From: Arenicellales bacterium
GTDB taxonomy: Bacteria > Pseudomonadota > Gammaproteobacteria > Arenicellales > JAJDZL01
Length of the DNA: 64,000 nucleotides
Assembly: GCA_965214615.1 (NCBI GenBank)
Contig: OZ243952.1
Coordinates: 2,238,822 to 2,302,821 of the forward strand
Direction: 5' to 3'
The position numbers were made by a program, and so were the translations under genes. The number at the start of each line of letters is the position of its first letter. The stretch's first letter is position 1. The notes beneath the pieces are model-generated. The model worked only from the letters and a program-made list of their open reading frames with translations, was not told the origin of the DNA and searched no databases. Positions 18,624 to 27,943 of this stretch are shown piece after piece.

Positions 18624-19595
18624 ATGATGAAAAACGATCCGACCTATAGCAACTTTTTTTCGTATCGGACATTTTTCGAAGACTTTCTTCGCTATGTCTA
18701 TCGCGACGAGGGAGATCTTGAGGATAAATTTGATCTGTCTACGCTGCGCCAGGCAACCGCCGAGCACGTAACGCCCGAATTCAGGAAACGCTGTTCGGAT
18801 ACTGTTTGGGTGTGCGATCTGACCTCATCGGGCGTGACAGTGTGCTTTTGTGTCGAGTTTCAGACCAATTGCGATTTGCACATGCCGGTGCGCATGGCAG
18901 GCTATAGCGCGATGCTGCTGGGATCTTTGACCAAGGAAGCAAAGGGCGAAGTCTTAAGGCGGGCATGCCCGCCAGTGGCTCTTGTGGTAATCTTTCATGG
19001 ACCGGGACGCTGGAATGTGGCTGCAGATGTTCGCGACACGTTCGCCGAGACCGGCATCAAGGCGATTCAGTCGCGGCTTGTGTCGGCTCCGTATGAGTTG
19101 ATCGACGAGCGCGAGAAGGCGGCCGGAAGCTTGGACACGCGGTTGCTGTATCCGGCGCTGCTGCGGATGATCTACAGCGAAGATATTGTTCAAGTTGTCG
19201 ATGCATGGCGCGCGGTGCGCAGGCGTCTTGTCGGCCAAGGGCATGGCGAATTGCGCAATCAGTTCGTAAAATTGATACAAAATGTGGTGTCCCCGAAATT
19301 CAAGGGGATGACGATAATGGACGAGGAGGACTCGATGAGCACAGTAGAAGAGCGGTTTGCCGAATCGTTTGATAAGGGTTTGCTTAAATTCAAGCGGGAA
19401 AGCATGCAGGAAGGCATAGAGAAAGGCAAGAAGGAAGCAATGCGGTCTGTTCTGCAGAATCAGTTGGAGTATAAGTTCGGCATGGTGCCCGAGGCGGCGC
19501 GCGAGCGCATTGAATCTGCCGACTGCGGTCAGTTGCAACGCTGGGCGGTCCGGGTGATACAGGCTGCGGAGATCGACCACGTTTTTGCCGACTGA
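18624..19595 (+). CDS. Second Rpn family nuclease / putative transposase with a DUF4351-like C-terminus
   Basis: ND..Y..FFS, SDTVW...VEFQT, MPVRM..Y, PPV..VVIFHG...W, QEGIEKGKKE, LEYKFG..P...QLQRW. GAGG RBS before ATG 18624. Confidence 0.85.
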   Translation: MMKNDPTYSNFFSYRTFFEDFLRYVYRDEGDLEDKFDLSTLRQATAEHVTPEFRKRCSDTVWVCDLTSSGVTVCFCVEFQTNCDLHMPVRMAGYSAMLLGSLTKEAKGEVLRRACPPVALVVIFHGPGRWNVAADVRDTFAETGIKAIQSRLVSAPYELIDEREKAAGSLDTRLLYPALLRMIYSEDIVQVVDAWRAVRRRLVGQGHGELRNQFVKLIQNVVSPKFKGMTIMDEEDSMSTVEERFAESFDKGLLKFKRESMQEGIEKGKKEAMRSVLQNQLEYKFGMVPEAARERIESADCGQLQRWAVRVIQAAEIDHVFAD

Positions 19596-19639
19596 TTCGC
19601 CGGACTTCCCCGCCGAGGCAAGTTGCAAATATTTCCGCG

Positions 19640-19720
19640 TGCACAAAAATTGTGCACAATTCGCTTGAAAAATCGAGTGTTTACACTGTAAACACCCAAA
19701 AGTTGCACAATTTTTGTGCA
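19640..19720. repeat. Palindrome cluster: perfect 17-bp inverted repeat TGCACAAAAATTGTGCA (19640-19656 / 19704-19720) enclosing GTGTTTACA-C-TGTAAACAC (19677-19695)
   Basis: Read directly from the sequence. Confidence 0.9.
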
Positions 19721-19828
19721 TGGCTGTCCAATGAGAGGCCATCGCGTTGGAGTATATTGTCGAAACTTCACCGTCGATGTGCCGCCAGAGCAGGCGCAGC
19801 GTCGCATAATCAATATGCAAATCCTCCG

Positions 19829-20632
19829 ATGAGCGCACAGCACATGAAAGTCCTTGCCAACGGAATAGCAATTCACTGCGAAATCTCAGGAACCGCCGAC
19901 GGGGCAACCGTCGCGATGAGCCATTCGCTCGGATCAAGCGGGATCATGTGGGAACCGCAACTTCAGGAACTGGAGCGAAATTATCGCGTGCTGCGCATCG
20001 ATACGCGAGGTCACGGAAACACTTCCGCGCCCGTCGGTCCCTATTCGCTTGATCAGCTAATTGACGACGCAACAGCGGTCCTGGACGACCTTGAACTCGA
20101 TTCAGTACACTGGGTCGGACTGTCGATGGGCGGAATGATCGGGCAAGGCCTCGCGCTAAAGGCCCCGAACCGACTGCGCAGCCTGGCGCTTTGCAATACC
20201 ATGTCTGTCATCCGCGAAGAGGCGAAGAGCGCATGGAGGCAGCGAATAAGCACAGGCGAGCAGTTCGGAATGAACAGCCTGGCTGATTTTGCAATGGAGC
20301 GCTGGTTTACCGAAAGCTACCGCCAATCGGGAGCAATGCGATACCGTCAAATTCGCGACCAGTTTATCCGCACTTCGCTAGACGGCTATCTGGGCTGCTG
20401 CCACGCGATCTACAAAATGGACTACATCGATGAACTCTCGAGAATACAAATTCCCACACACATCATCGCCGGCGCACAGGATCTCGCTACGCCCGTATCA
20501 GAATCCATCGCCATGCATGATCGCATAAGCGGATCCACCTTGGAAATCATACCTGGCGCCGCGCATCTGTCGAACGTCGAACAGGCGCAAATCTTCAATA
20601 CCTCGCTAACCGCATTCTTGGATCGGATATGA
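19829..20632 (+). CDS. Alpha/beta hydrolase, 3-oxoadipate enol-lactonase (PcaD)-like
   Basis: SHSLG, DTRGHG, GLSMGG nucleophile elbow, D..TP, AAHLSNVEQ. Confidence 0.85.
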   Translation: MSAQHMKVLANGIAIHCEISGTADGATVAMSHSLGSSGIMWEPQLQELERNYRVLRIDTRGHGNTSAPVGPYSLDQLIDDATAVLDDLELDSVHWVGLSMGGMIGQGLALKAPNRLRSLALCNTMSVIREEAKSAWRQRISTGEQFGMNSLADFAMERWFTESYRQSGAMRYRQIRDQFIRTSLDGYLGCCHAIYKMDYIDELSRIQIPTHIIAGAQDLATPVSESIAMHDRISGSTLEIIPGAAHLSNVEQAQIFNTSLTAFLDRI

Positions 20633-20672
20633 AGGCGGATTGACCCCGTCCGCCGAATTATCGGCCTGACCG

Positions 20673-21167
20673 TCAGGCAGCATCCTGGGCAATTAATTCA
20701 AGCGCCCTTCGATTCGACCAGGACCATACAGTTTTTATCGCTTTTTCAATATGTTCCCAGCGATATTTATCATGTTCCTTTAGACTCAGGCGAACTTCCC
20801 GGACATCGTCGAGACAAAGCGAAAACATGTGCTCAACGTTGTAGGGCATGCCCGGAGGATAGCGATGCCGGACGCTCGGCAGGATTTCAAACTTGAATGT
20901 CCGGTTCCAATCGCGAATATCCGAAACCGCGGCGTCGATGCCGGTCTCTTCGCGCAACTCGCGCACCGCAGCATGAATCGGCGAAGATTCATCCCACTTC
21001 ATGCTACCGGTAACCGACTGCCAGAACTGAAACGGCGCCACGCGCCTGAGCATCAGCGCATCGCCCTTGCCGGTGTGCACTGCAACCAGAATGGATTCCG
21101 GGCGCTTGTAGTTCAAGTTACCTTGCCGGAGAATCGCCCGGGCATCGCGCACAGAGTGTCCGCTCAA
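20673..21167 (-). CDS. nudB: Dihydroneopterin triphosphate diphosphatase (Nudix)
   Basis: YKRPESILV, FWQSVTGS, AVRELREETGI Nudix box, EH, WSN; follows aspS. Confidence 0.92.
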   Translation of the reverse strand: MSGHSVRDARAILRQGNLNYKRPESILVAVHTGKGDALMLRRVAPFQFWQSVTGSMKWDESSPIHAAVRELREETGIDAAVSDIRDWNRTFKFEILPSVRHRYPPGMPYNVEHMFSLCLDDVREVRLSLKEHDKYRWEHIEKAIKTVWSWSNRRALELIAQDAA

Positions 21168-22960
21168 GTGCGGACCGTATTTTTCGCCGTCGGCTTAAGC
21201 CGCAGTTCAAGTTCGTCCAACTGCCCCGTCCCGATCTCATTGGGCGCCTGAGTCAGTGCGCAATAGGCCCGCTGAGTCTTGGGAAATGCGATTACATCGC
21301 GAATCGACTCCTCTTTCGAAAGCAGCGCCGCAATTCGATCGATTCCGAACGCGATTCCACCATGCGGCGGCGCACCGGCTTGCAGAGCCTCAAGCAGGAA
21401 TCCGAATTTCGCATCGATTTCCTCTTCCGTCAAGTTCAGTACTTCGAACACTTTGCGCTGCACATCGAAACGATGATTTCTGATTGATCCGCCGCCGATT
21501 TCGATTCCGTTCAGGACCAGGTCGTAGGCCCGGGATTTCACAGCACCGGGATCGGTCGCGAGCTGTTCAAGCTGTTCCGGGTCCGGCGACGTAAACGGAT
21601 GATGAGTCGCATGCCAGCGACCTTCGCCGGCGTCGTACTCGACAAGCGGAAAATCGACAATCCAAATCAACTCCCACCCGTCGCGCAAAAGATTCATATC
21701 CGCTGCGATTGCGTCTCGCAACGCTCCGAGCGACGCATTGACCACTGTTTCGCTGTCGGCACCGAAAAATATCAGATCTCCCGACTCGCTTGCAGTTGAA
21801 TTCAGAATCGCATCTATCGCCGCAGGCGACAGAAATTTCAAGATTGGCGACTGCAGGCCGTCAACTCCCCCTGAACGGTCATTGACCTTGATGTAGGCTA
21901 GCCCCTTGGCGCCGTAGTTCGATACCAATGCTGTATATTCGTCAATATTCAAGCGCGTCAGCGTGGCGCCGCCCGGCACCCGCAGCGCTGCGACTCGTCC
22001 GCCTTTGAGGTTTGCCGCGCGACGGAACACCTGAAACTCCTCATTGCACATCACATCGGTCAATTCGGTCAGCTCCAGCGGATTACGCATATCCGGGCGG
22101 TCGGTTCCAAACCGCCGCATCGCCTCTGCGTAGCTCATGCGGGGAAATTCTTGCGGAACCTTGGCGTCAGCCAGCTTGCTGAATATTCGCCCGAACATCC
22201 GCTCCATCAAATCGATGACATCGGATTCGGCAACGAAGGCCATCTCGACGTCCAGCTGGGTAAACTCCGGCTGGCGGTCGGCCCGAAGATCCTCATCCCG
22301 AAAGCAGCGGACAATCTGGTAGTAGCGTTCGAAGCCGGATATGACAAGCAGTTGCTTGAACATCTGAGGCGACTGGGGCAGCGCGTAGAAGGCGCCCGGA
22401 TGCACCCGGCTCGGAACAACGTAGTCCCGCGCCCCTTCGGGGGTAGATCGGGTAAGCATCGGTGTTTCGATGTCCAGGAATTCGTTTTCTTCGAGAAAAT
22501 TGCGAATTTCGCGTACCAGCCTATGCCGCAGCCGGATGTTTCGCTGCATTCTGCTCTTTCTAAGATCAATGTACCTATACTTGAGCCGCAACGCCTCGTT
22601 TACATCCTCGTCATCCGGCTGGAATGGCAGATTGCGCGCTTCGTTCAGCAGATTGATCCGGCTGGCTACGACTTCCACCTTGCCGGTTGAAAGCCCGGGG
22701 TTTTCCGTTCCCTCGGGGCGGATTCGCACAAACCCTTCGACCGACACTACGTATTCCGAGCGCAGAGCTTCGGCAATCGGGAAGTCATCCAGTTCATCAG
22801 GGTCGGCAACAACTTGAACGATGCCGCTGCAATCGCGCAAATCGACAAATACGATTCCGCCATGGTCGCGGCGGCTGTTGACCCAGCCGCAAAGACGCAC
22901 AGTCTCGCCGACCACGGATTCGCCAACGTGCGTACACGCATGGCTTCGCATACTGTTCAT
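21164..22960 (-). CDS. aspS: Aspartate--tRNA ligase (probably non-discriminating)
   Basis: MRSH, RRDHGG, STPEGARDY, PQSPQMFKQ, FRDEDLRADRQPEFTQLD, PPHGGIAFGIDR. Confidence 0.98.
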   Translation of the reverse strand: MNSMRSHACTHVGESVVGETVRLCGWVNSRRDHGGIVFVDLRDCSGIVQVVADPDELDDFPIAEALRSEYVVSVEGFVRIRPEGTENPGLSTGKVEVVASRINLLNEARNLPFQPDDEDVNEALRLKYRYIDLRKSRMQRNIRLRHRLVREIRNFLEENEFLDIETPMLTRSTPEGARDYVVPSRVHPGAFYALPQSPQMFKQLLVISGFERYYQIVRCFRDEDLRADRQPEFTQLDVEMAFVAESDVIDLMERMFGRIFSKLADAKVPQEFPRMSYAEAMRRFGTDRPDMRNPLELTELTDVMCNEEFQVFRRAANLKGGRVAALRVPGGATLTRLNIDEYTALVSNYGAKGLAYIKVNDRSGGVDGLQSPILKFLSPAAIDAILNSTASESGDLIFFGADSETVVNASLGALRDAIAADMNLLRDGWELIWIVDFPLVEYDAGEGRWHATHHPFTSPDPEQLEQLATDPGAVKSRAYDLVLNGIEIGGGSIRNHRFDVQRKVFEVLNLTEEEIDAKFGFLLEALQAGAPPHGGIAFGIDRIAALLSKEESIRDVIAFPKTQRAYCALTQAPNEIGTGQLDELELRLKPTAKNTVRT

Positions 22961-22996
22961 GAAAATACGATTCGGTCCAAGTGGAGAAGCAACCGG

Positions 22997-23332
22997 CTAT
23001 GCGGCCGAATTCGAAACCGAGTCTGCACTCGATGTCTTGCCGTCCGAAGACTTGGCGTCGGATTTCGGCTTATCCTTCACCTTTGAATCCGATTCGGCCT
23101 TGGACTTGTCATCGCCTGAGTCCTTCTTGGACTTGTCCTTGTCCTTGTCCTTGTTCTTGAAGTCCGTTTCATACCAGCCAGTGCCCTTTAGGTGAAAAGC
23201 GGCCGCGGTAAGCTTTAGCCGCAACTGCGGCTGTTCGCAGCGCGGGCACTCAACTTGCGGCGCTTCGCTAATTCCCTGCAGCCTTTCGAACTCGTGCGCG
23301 CAGTATTGACACTGATATTCGTAAATCGGCAT
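22997..23332 (-). CDS. FmdB family zinc-ribbon protein with low-complexity K/D/S tail
   Basis: MPIYEYQC..C...CPRC, FHLKGTGWYETDF; conserved position upstream of aspS. Confidence 0.92.
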   Translation of the reverse strand: MPIYEYQCQYCAHEFERLQGISEAPQVECPRCEQPQLRLKLTAAAFHLKGTGWYETDFKNKDKDKDKSKKDSGDDKSKAESDSKVKDKPKSDAKSSDGKTSSADSVSNSAA

Positions 23333-23417
23333 TGTTCAGCTATTGACGGATGATGATCACAGAACACATATGAGACTCATTGGCAATAATTCAACTGCGC
23401 AAACGAAGAATTTGCCG

Positions 23418-24767
23418 CTACTGACCGCCGACAGCCATGCGCTCGAGCAAAATCGAACCGGTTCTGACCGAACGGCGCGGGTCGACGTCGCTGCCGATCG
23501 CAGCCATCGAAAGAAACATGTCCCGCAGATTGCCGGCAATCGTGATCTGATCCACAGGGTACTGAAGTTCCCCGTTCTCAACCCAGAACCCGCCAACGCC
23601 GCGAGAATAGTCTCCGGTAACGATGTTGATGCCGAATCCGATAAACTCGGTAACCAGCAGCCCTGTACCCATCTCGCCGAGCAGTTCGTCGAGACTCTTC
23701 GATCCGCCGTCCGCGGTGAGATTGAAAACGCCGCCTGCGTTGCCTGTAGTGCTCAGGCCCAGCTTCCTCGCCGAGTACGAATTGAGCACATAGCCTTGCA
23801 AAACTCCGTCTTCGACGATATTTCGCGCTTCGGTCGCCACGCCTTCGGCATCGAATGCCGCACTTGCAGCCCCGCGCCTGATGTGCGGCTGCTCGTGAAT
23901 CCGTACCCAATCGGGAAAAATTTGCTTGCCGGCGCAGTCAAGCAGGAACGATGTCTTTCGATACAGGTTGCCGCCGCGAATCGCATCAACAAAATGCCGC
24001 AGCAGACTCGCTGCAATCGGTGCCTCGAATAGAACCGGCACCTCGCACGTCTTGATGCTTCTGGCATCCAGGCGCCGCACAGTACGTTGCGCGGCGGTGA
24101 GACCGACATGTTCCGGAGAATCCATCTGCGCGACATCGCGCACTGCGCTGTACCAGTAGTCGCGCTGCATGCCGCCGCCGGACTGCCCAATCACGGTGCA
24201 CGATATCGAATGCATGCTCGCGGATTCGGTCTCAAGAAATCCGTCGCTGTTGCCCAATGCGGCATGCCGCATCGATGTTGAAACACCGGCGCCGTCGGAA
24301 TTTATGATCCTGGCATCGTGATTTCTGGCCGTATCCTCGCATCGCAATGCGATGTCCAGCGCCTTGTCACGATCAAGTTCCCAGGGGACGCTCAGCTCGA
24401 GATCGGGTAATTCACGCGCCAGCCGGTCTGGTTCGGGAAGGCCGCTGCAAGGGTCTTGCGCTGTCAGCCGGGCAATCGAGCATGCGGCATCGACCGTATC
24501 GCGTATGGCCTGGCGATCAAAATCCGAAGTCGATGCAGAGCCGGAGCACTGCCCGATGTAGACGTTTACAGACAGTTCCTTTTCGTTATGGTGCTCGACG
24601 GTTTCAACCTCGCCAAGACGGACGTTCATCTGATAGGCGTGGGAGCGATGGGCGCCGGCCGACGCGGATGTAGCACCGCTTCGGGCCGCACACTCAAGGG
24701 ACTCGGCAACGATCGACTTCAATTCGGCGTCTTTGTCTGACACCGAGTCGCGAACAGCAGCAAACAC
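23418..24767 (-). CDS. pmbA: Metalloprotease PmbA (TldE)
   Basis: MQRDYWYS, FDAEGV, TTGNAGG, TGDYSRG, ITIAGNL. Confidence 0.95.
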   Translation of the reverse strand: MFAAVRDSVSDKDAELKSIVAESLECAARSGATSASAGAHRSHAYQMNVRLGEVETVEHHNEKELSVNVYIGQCSGSASTSDFDRQAIRDTVDAACSIARLTAQDPCSGLPEPDRLARELPDLELSVPWELDRDKALDIALRCEDTARNHDARIINSDGAGVSTSMRHAALGNSDGFLETESASMHSISCTVIGQSGGGMQRDYWYSAVRDVAQMDSPEHVGLTAAQRTVRRLDARSIKTCEVPVLFEAPIAASLLRHFVDAIRGGNLYRKTSFLLDCAGKQIFPDWVRIHEQPHIRRGAASAAFDAEGVATEARNIVEDGVLQGYVLNSYSARKLGLSTTGNAGGVFNLTADGGSKSLDELLGEMGTGLLVTEFIGFGINIVTGDYSRGVGGFWVENGELQYPVDQITIAGNLRDMFLSMAAIGSDVDPRRSVRTGSILLERMAVGGQ

Positions 24768-24772
24768 AGCGT

Positions 24773-26224
24773 CTAGACCTTTGCGCCGCCGACGGTGATG
24801 CCGTCGATCCGCATAGTCGGCTGCCCCACGCCGACGGGCACGCTTTGGCCATCCTTTCCGCAGGTTCCTACACCGGAATCCAGCTTCAGGTTGTCTGCGA
24901 CCATCGATACCCGAGTCATCGTGTCGGGGCCGTTTCCGATCAGCGTCGCGCCTTTCAGCGGCTGCGTCACTTTGCCGTTTTCAATCCGGTATGCTTCGCT
25001 TGCCGAAAACGAGAACTTGCCGGAAGTGATATCAACCGACCCGCCGAGAAAATTAGCCGCGTAAATCCCGCTGCCGACCGATTCGATGATCTCGTCGTGG
25101 GTGTGGTTGCCCGCGAGCATGTAGGTATTGGTCATCCGGGTCAGCGGGGTGTGCGCATAGGATTCTCGGCGCCCGTTTCCGGTCGGCTGATGCCCCATCA
25201 GGCGGGCATTTGTCAAATCCTGCATGTAGCCTTTCAGAATGCCATTTTCAATCAGCGTCGTGCACTGGGTCTGAGTGCCTTCGTCATCAATATTCAGCGA
25301 ACCTCTGCGATTCGCAATAGTGCCGTCATCGACTATTGTGCATAATTCGGAAGCAACCTTCTCACCGACCCGCCCGGAATAGGCCGAAAGCCCTTTTCGA
25401 TTGAAATCTCCTTCCAAGCCGTGTCCGACCGCCTCATGAAGCAGGATGCCCGGCCATCCGGGGCCCAGGACAACCGTCATCGTACCCGCCGGCGTATCGA
25501 CCGAATCCAAATTCACAATTGCCTGTCTCGCCGCTTCGCGCGCATAGTCCGATGCGCGATCCGATTCGGTTAGAAATTCGTAGGTAGAGCGCGAACCGCC
25601 GCCAGCCGACCCGGATTCGCGCCGGCCGCCTTGTTCGGCAATTGCCGAAACATTCATCCTGATCAGCGGTCTGACATCTGCGCAAATCACCCCGTCGAGC
25701 CGTGCGATCAGAACAATTTCGTATTTTCCGCTCAGACTGACCACGACTTCCTTGATCCGGGCGTCGTAGCTTCTCGCCTCGTGCTCCACTTTGTGCATCA
25801 GCGCAATCTTGTCGCCATCCGACATGCTGCGAAGCGGGTCGTCAGGACGGTACAGGACTGGCGTGCTGTCAACCTGACGGACAGATTTCAAATGCTTGTC
25901 CGAACCGATGCCCTGGGCGATTCCGCGTGCCGAGCGCGCTGCATCATTCAGTGCCGGCAAGGTCAGATCGTCGGAAAACGCGAAGCCTGTCTTGTCATCG
26001 CTGACCGCGCGAAGCCCTACGCCCTGATCAATTCCGTAGGATCCGGTTTTGACGATACCCTCTTCCAGCGACCAGCTCTCAGCGCGCAGATACTGAAAAT
26101 ATACGTCTGCATGATCGATGCTGCGACCGCCGAGGTGCCCCAGCAGACGGCTGAGTTCGCTTTCGCCGACTCCGGCAGGATCAAGCAGTGTTTTCTTGGC
26201 GGCCTCTAGATATGCGGTACTCAT
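24773..26224 (-). CDS. tldD: Metalloprotease TldD
   Basis: [45 protein letters not shown]. Confidence 0.97.
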   Translation of the reverse strand: MSTAYLEAAKKTLLDPAGVGESELSRLLGHLGGRSIDHADVYFQYLRAESWSLEEGIVKTGSYGIDQGVGLRAVSDDKTGFAFSDDLTLPALNDAARSARGIAQGIGSDKHLKSVRQVDSTPVLYRPDDPLRSMSDGDKIALMHKVEHEARSYDARIKEVVVSLSGKYEIVLIARLDGVICADVRPLIRMNVSAIAEQGGRRESGSAGGGSRSTYEFLTESDRASDYAREAARQAIVNLDSVDTPAGTMTVVLGPGWPGILLHEAVGHGLEGDFNRKGLSAYSGRVGEKVASELCTIVDDGTIANRRGSLNIDDEGTQTQCTTLIENGILKGYMQDLTNARLMGHQPTGNGRRESYAHTPLTRMTNTYMLAGNHTHDEIIESVGSGIYAANFLGGSVDITSGKFSFSASEAYRIENGKVTQPLKGATLIGNGPDTMTRVSMVADNLKLDSGVGTCGKDGQSVPVGVGQPTMRIDGITVGGAKV

Positions 26225-26638
26225 TGAAATCAGCTTTCCTGGATGTGTGCGGCGGCAAATTTACAAGGTCTGCGACTGCCGCTAGCGAACCAATCGATTC
26301 GAAATGTCATGTCGGCGGGTATTTTAACGCAAAGTGATGAATCGGATTGATGCGCGAGTGTTTCCGTCGGACGACAGCATTGCGCCAATCATTCGAAACG
26401 GCCTGCAGTTAACGCATCCTGCAAGCGCCGAGCCCAAGTCGCCGCCCCTTTCGGCCCCAGTGAACAAGATGTCTGTCTTGAAAACATCCGACGGGCGCCG
26501 ATTCCTCTGTCCGGCGTGCTCTTCACAGTCTAATCCGAGTCATAAGGGCTTCGCAATTCGGTGTATATTTGCGGTTCGTCGCTCGTCTTTGCATGCTCTA
26601 TCGCTTGCTTTCACCATCCAATTCGCCGCAGTTCAAAT

Positions 26639-27226
26639 ATGTTCCTTGATTCAAAGCCTCGACAGCCAAGTCAGCTTGCATCCATTTTGGAGGATACCGC
26701 TAAAATGGACTTTGATATGCCGTCCGACATCCATACCGGCAGCCTTCTGCGCTTCTTGTCAACAGGCGTAACGGATGGTCAAATTCTGGAACTGGGCACC
26801 GGCACTGGCATTTCTACTTGTTGGATTCTGGACGGCATGGACAATGAGACGACTCTCATTAGTGTCGATAATGATCCAGTTGTCCAACGTATCGCAAAGA
26901 TCCATCTGGAAAAAGATCCGAGAGTCAATTTTGTTCTTGATGATGGCGAAGCAAGACTAAAGGAGTTTGCAGATTGCTCGATTGATCTAATGTTCGCAGA
27001 TACCTGGCCTGGAAAATTCGTGCAACTCGACCTGGCGCTCTCGAAGCTGCGCATAGGAGGGGTCTATATTATTGACGATTTACTTCCTCAGGCAAATTGG
27101 CCAGAAAATCATCAATCCAATGTCGACGATTTGATCGCAAATCTGGAGTCAAAGCGATTCCTGGAAACCATCACACTGAATTGGTCTAGCGGCTTATTGC
27201 TTGCGAGACGAAAAGTAATTTGTTAA
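26639..27226 (+). CDS. Class I SAM-dependent O-methyltransferase
   Basis: ILELGTGTG motif I, SVDND, DLMFADTWPGK, IDDL; lower GC than its neighbours and on the opposite strand. Confidence 0.85.
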   Translation: MFLDSKPRQPSQLASILEDTAKMDFDMPSDIHTGSLLRFLSTGVTDGQILELGTGTGISTCWILDGMDNETTLISVDNDPVVQRIAKIHLEKDPRVNFVLDDGEARLKEFADCSIDLMFADTWPGKFVQLDLALSKLRIGGVYIIDDLLPQANWPENHQSNVDDLIANLESKRFLETITLNWSSGLLLARRKVIC

Positions 27227-27943
27227 ATATGAGGATCTAATGCCTTGACTTTCATGGCATTTATGGGTTTTCATCAAATTTTGCAAAGAGCGATTACCTT
27301 GTCTTCGTCCCTGGCGATGAATACGAGGGAAGAACTCGCTCATCCGACAAAATATTCGAAAGGTGTTCTATGGGCACAACCGCTAACAGGATCGCGAGAA
27401 AGTTTATCTCGTCAAGAAATTGGAAAACTCTTGATCCGAAAAGTTGAAAAATAGGCATGGGGTTGGTTCGCGATGCCAAATTCGATGGCAACGATCCGGC
27501 ATCGTACAGCAAATTTTCGAAATTTGACCAATGCCACACCCACTATATCGCCGGAGAGAATTTCGCAAGGTATGCGTGCGAATCAATTGCGGAAGCGAAC
27601 GAGGCGAAAAATTTGTCAATGTCATCTGCAATGCTGAAGACGAATATCTGCAAAGCGGGTCGCCAATGAGTCCGCTGACCAGGAACTATTACACGATGCG
27701 GTCATTTTCCAATGTCCGATTCGGAAGCAGCCTTTGAAGCATAGCGCTCACTACAATCTGATGAAGTGCGCCCCGAGCCCGAACCCTTGGAACGAATACA
27801 TCTTGCTCGCACACGTCAACTATCAGTATGACGCGATCTTCCTGACTGGAATTCCTGACATCAGGCAAAGTCTTCCCCATGACAAGACGTAATACGAGGC
27901 AATGCCCGCCCGTACCAATTCGCGCCGCCCCTTCGACCGCGCT

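Noticed and set aside
18954-19937. 327-aa minus-strand ORF
   Set aside because: Antisense to the Rpn #2 gene and runs across the palindrome region; no protein motif.
23125-23165. (CTTGTC)n short tandem repeat
   Set aside because: In-frame hexamer encoding the KDKDKD low-complexity tail of the FmdB protein; not a phase-variation tract.
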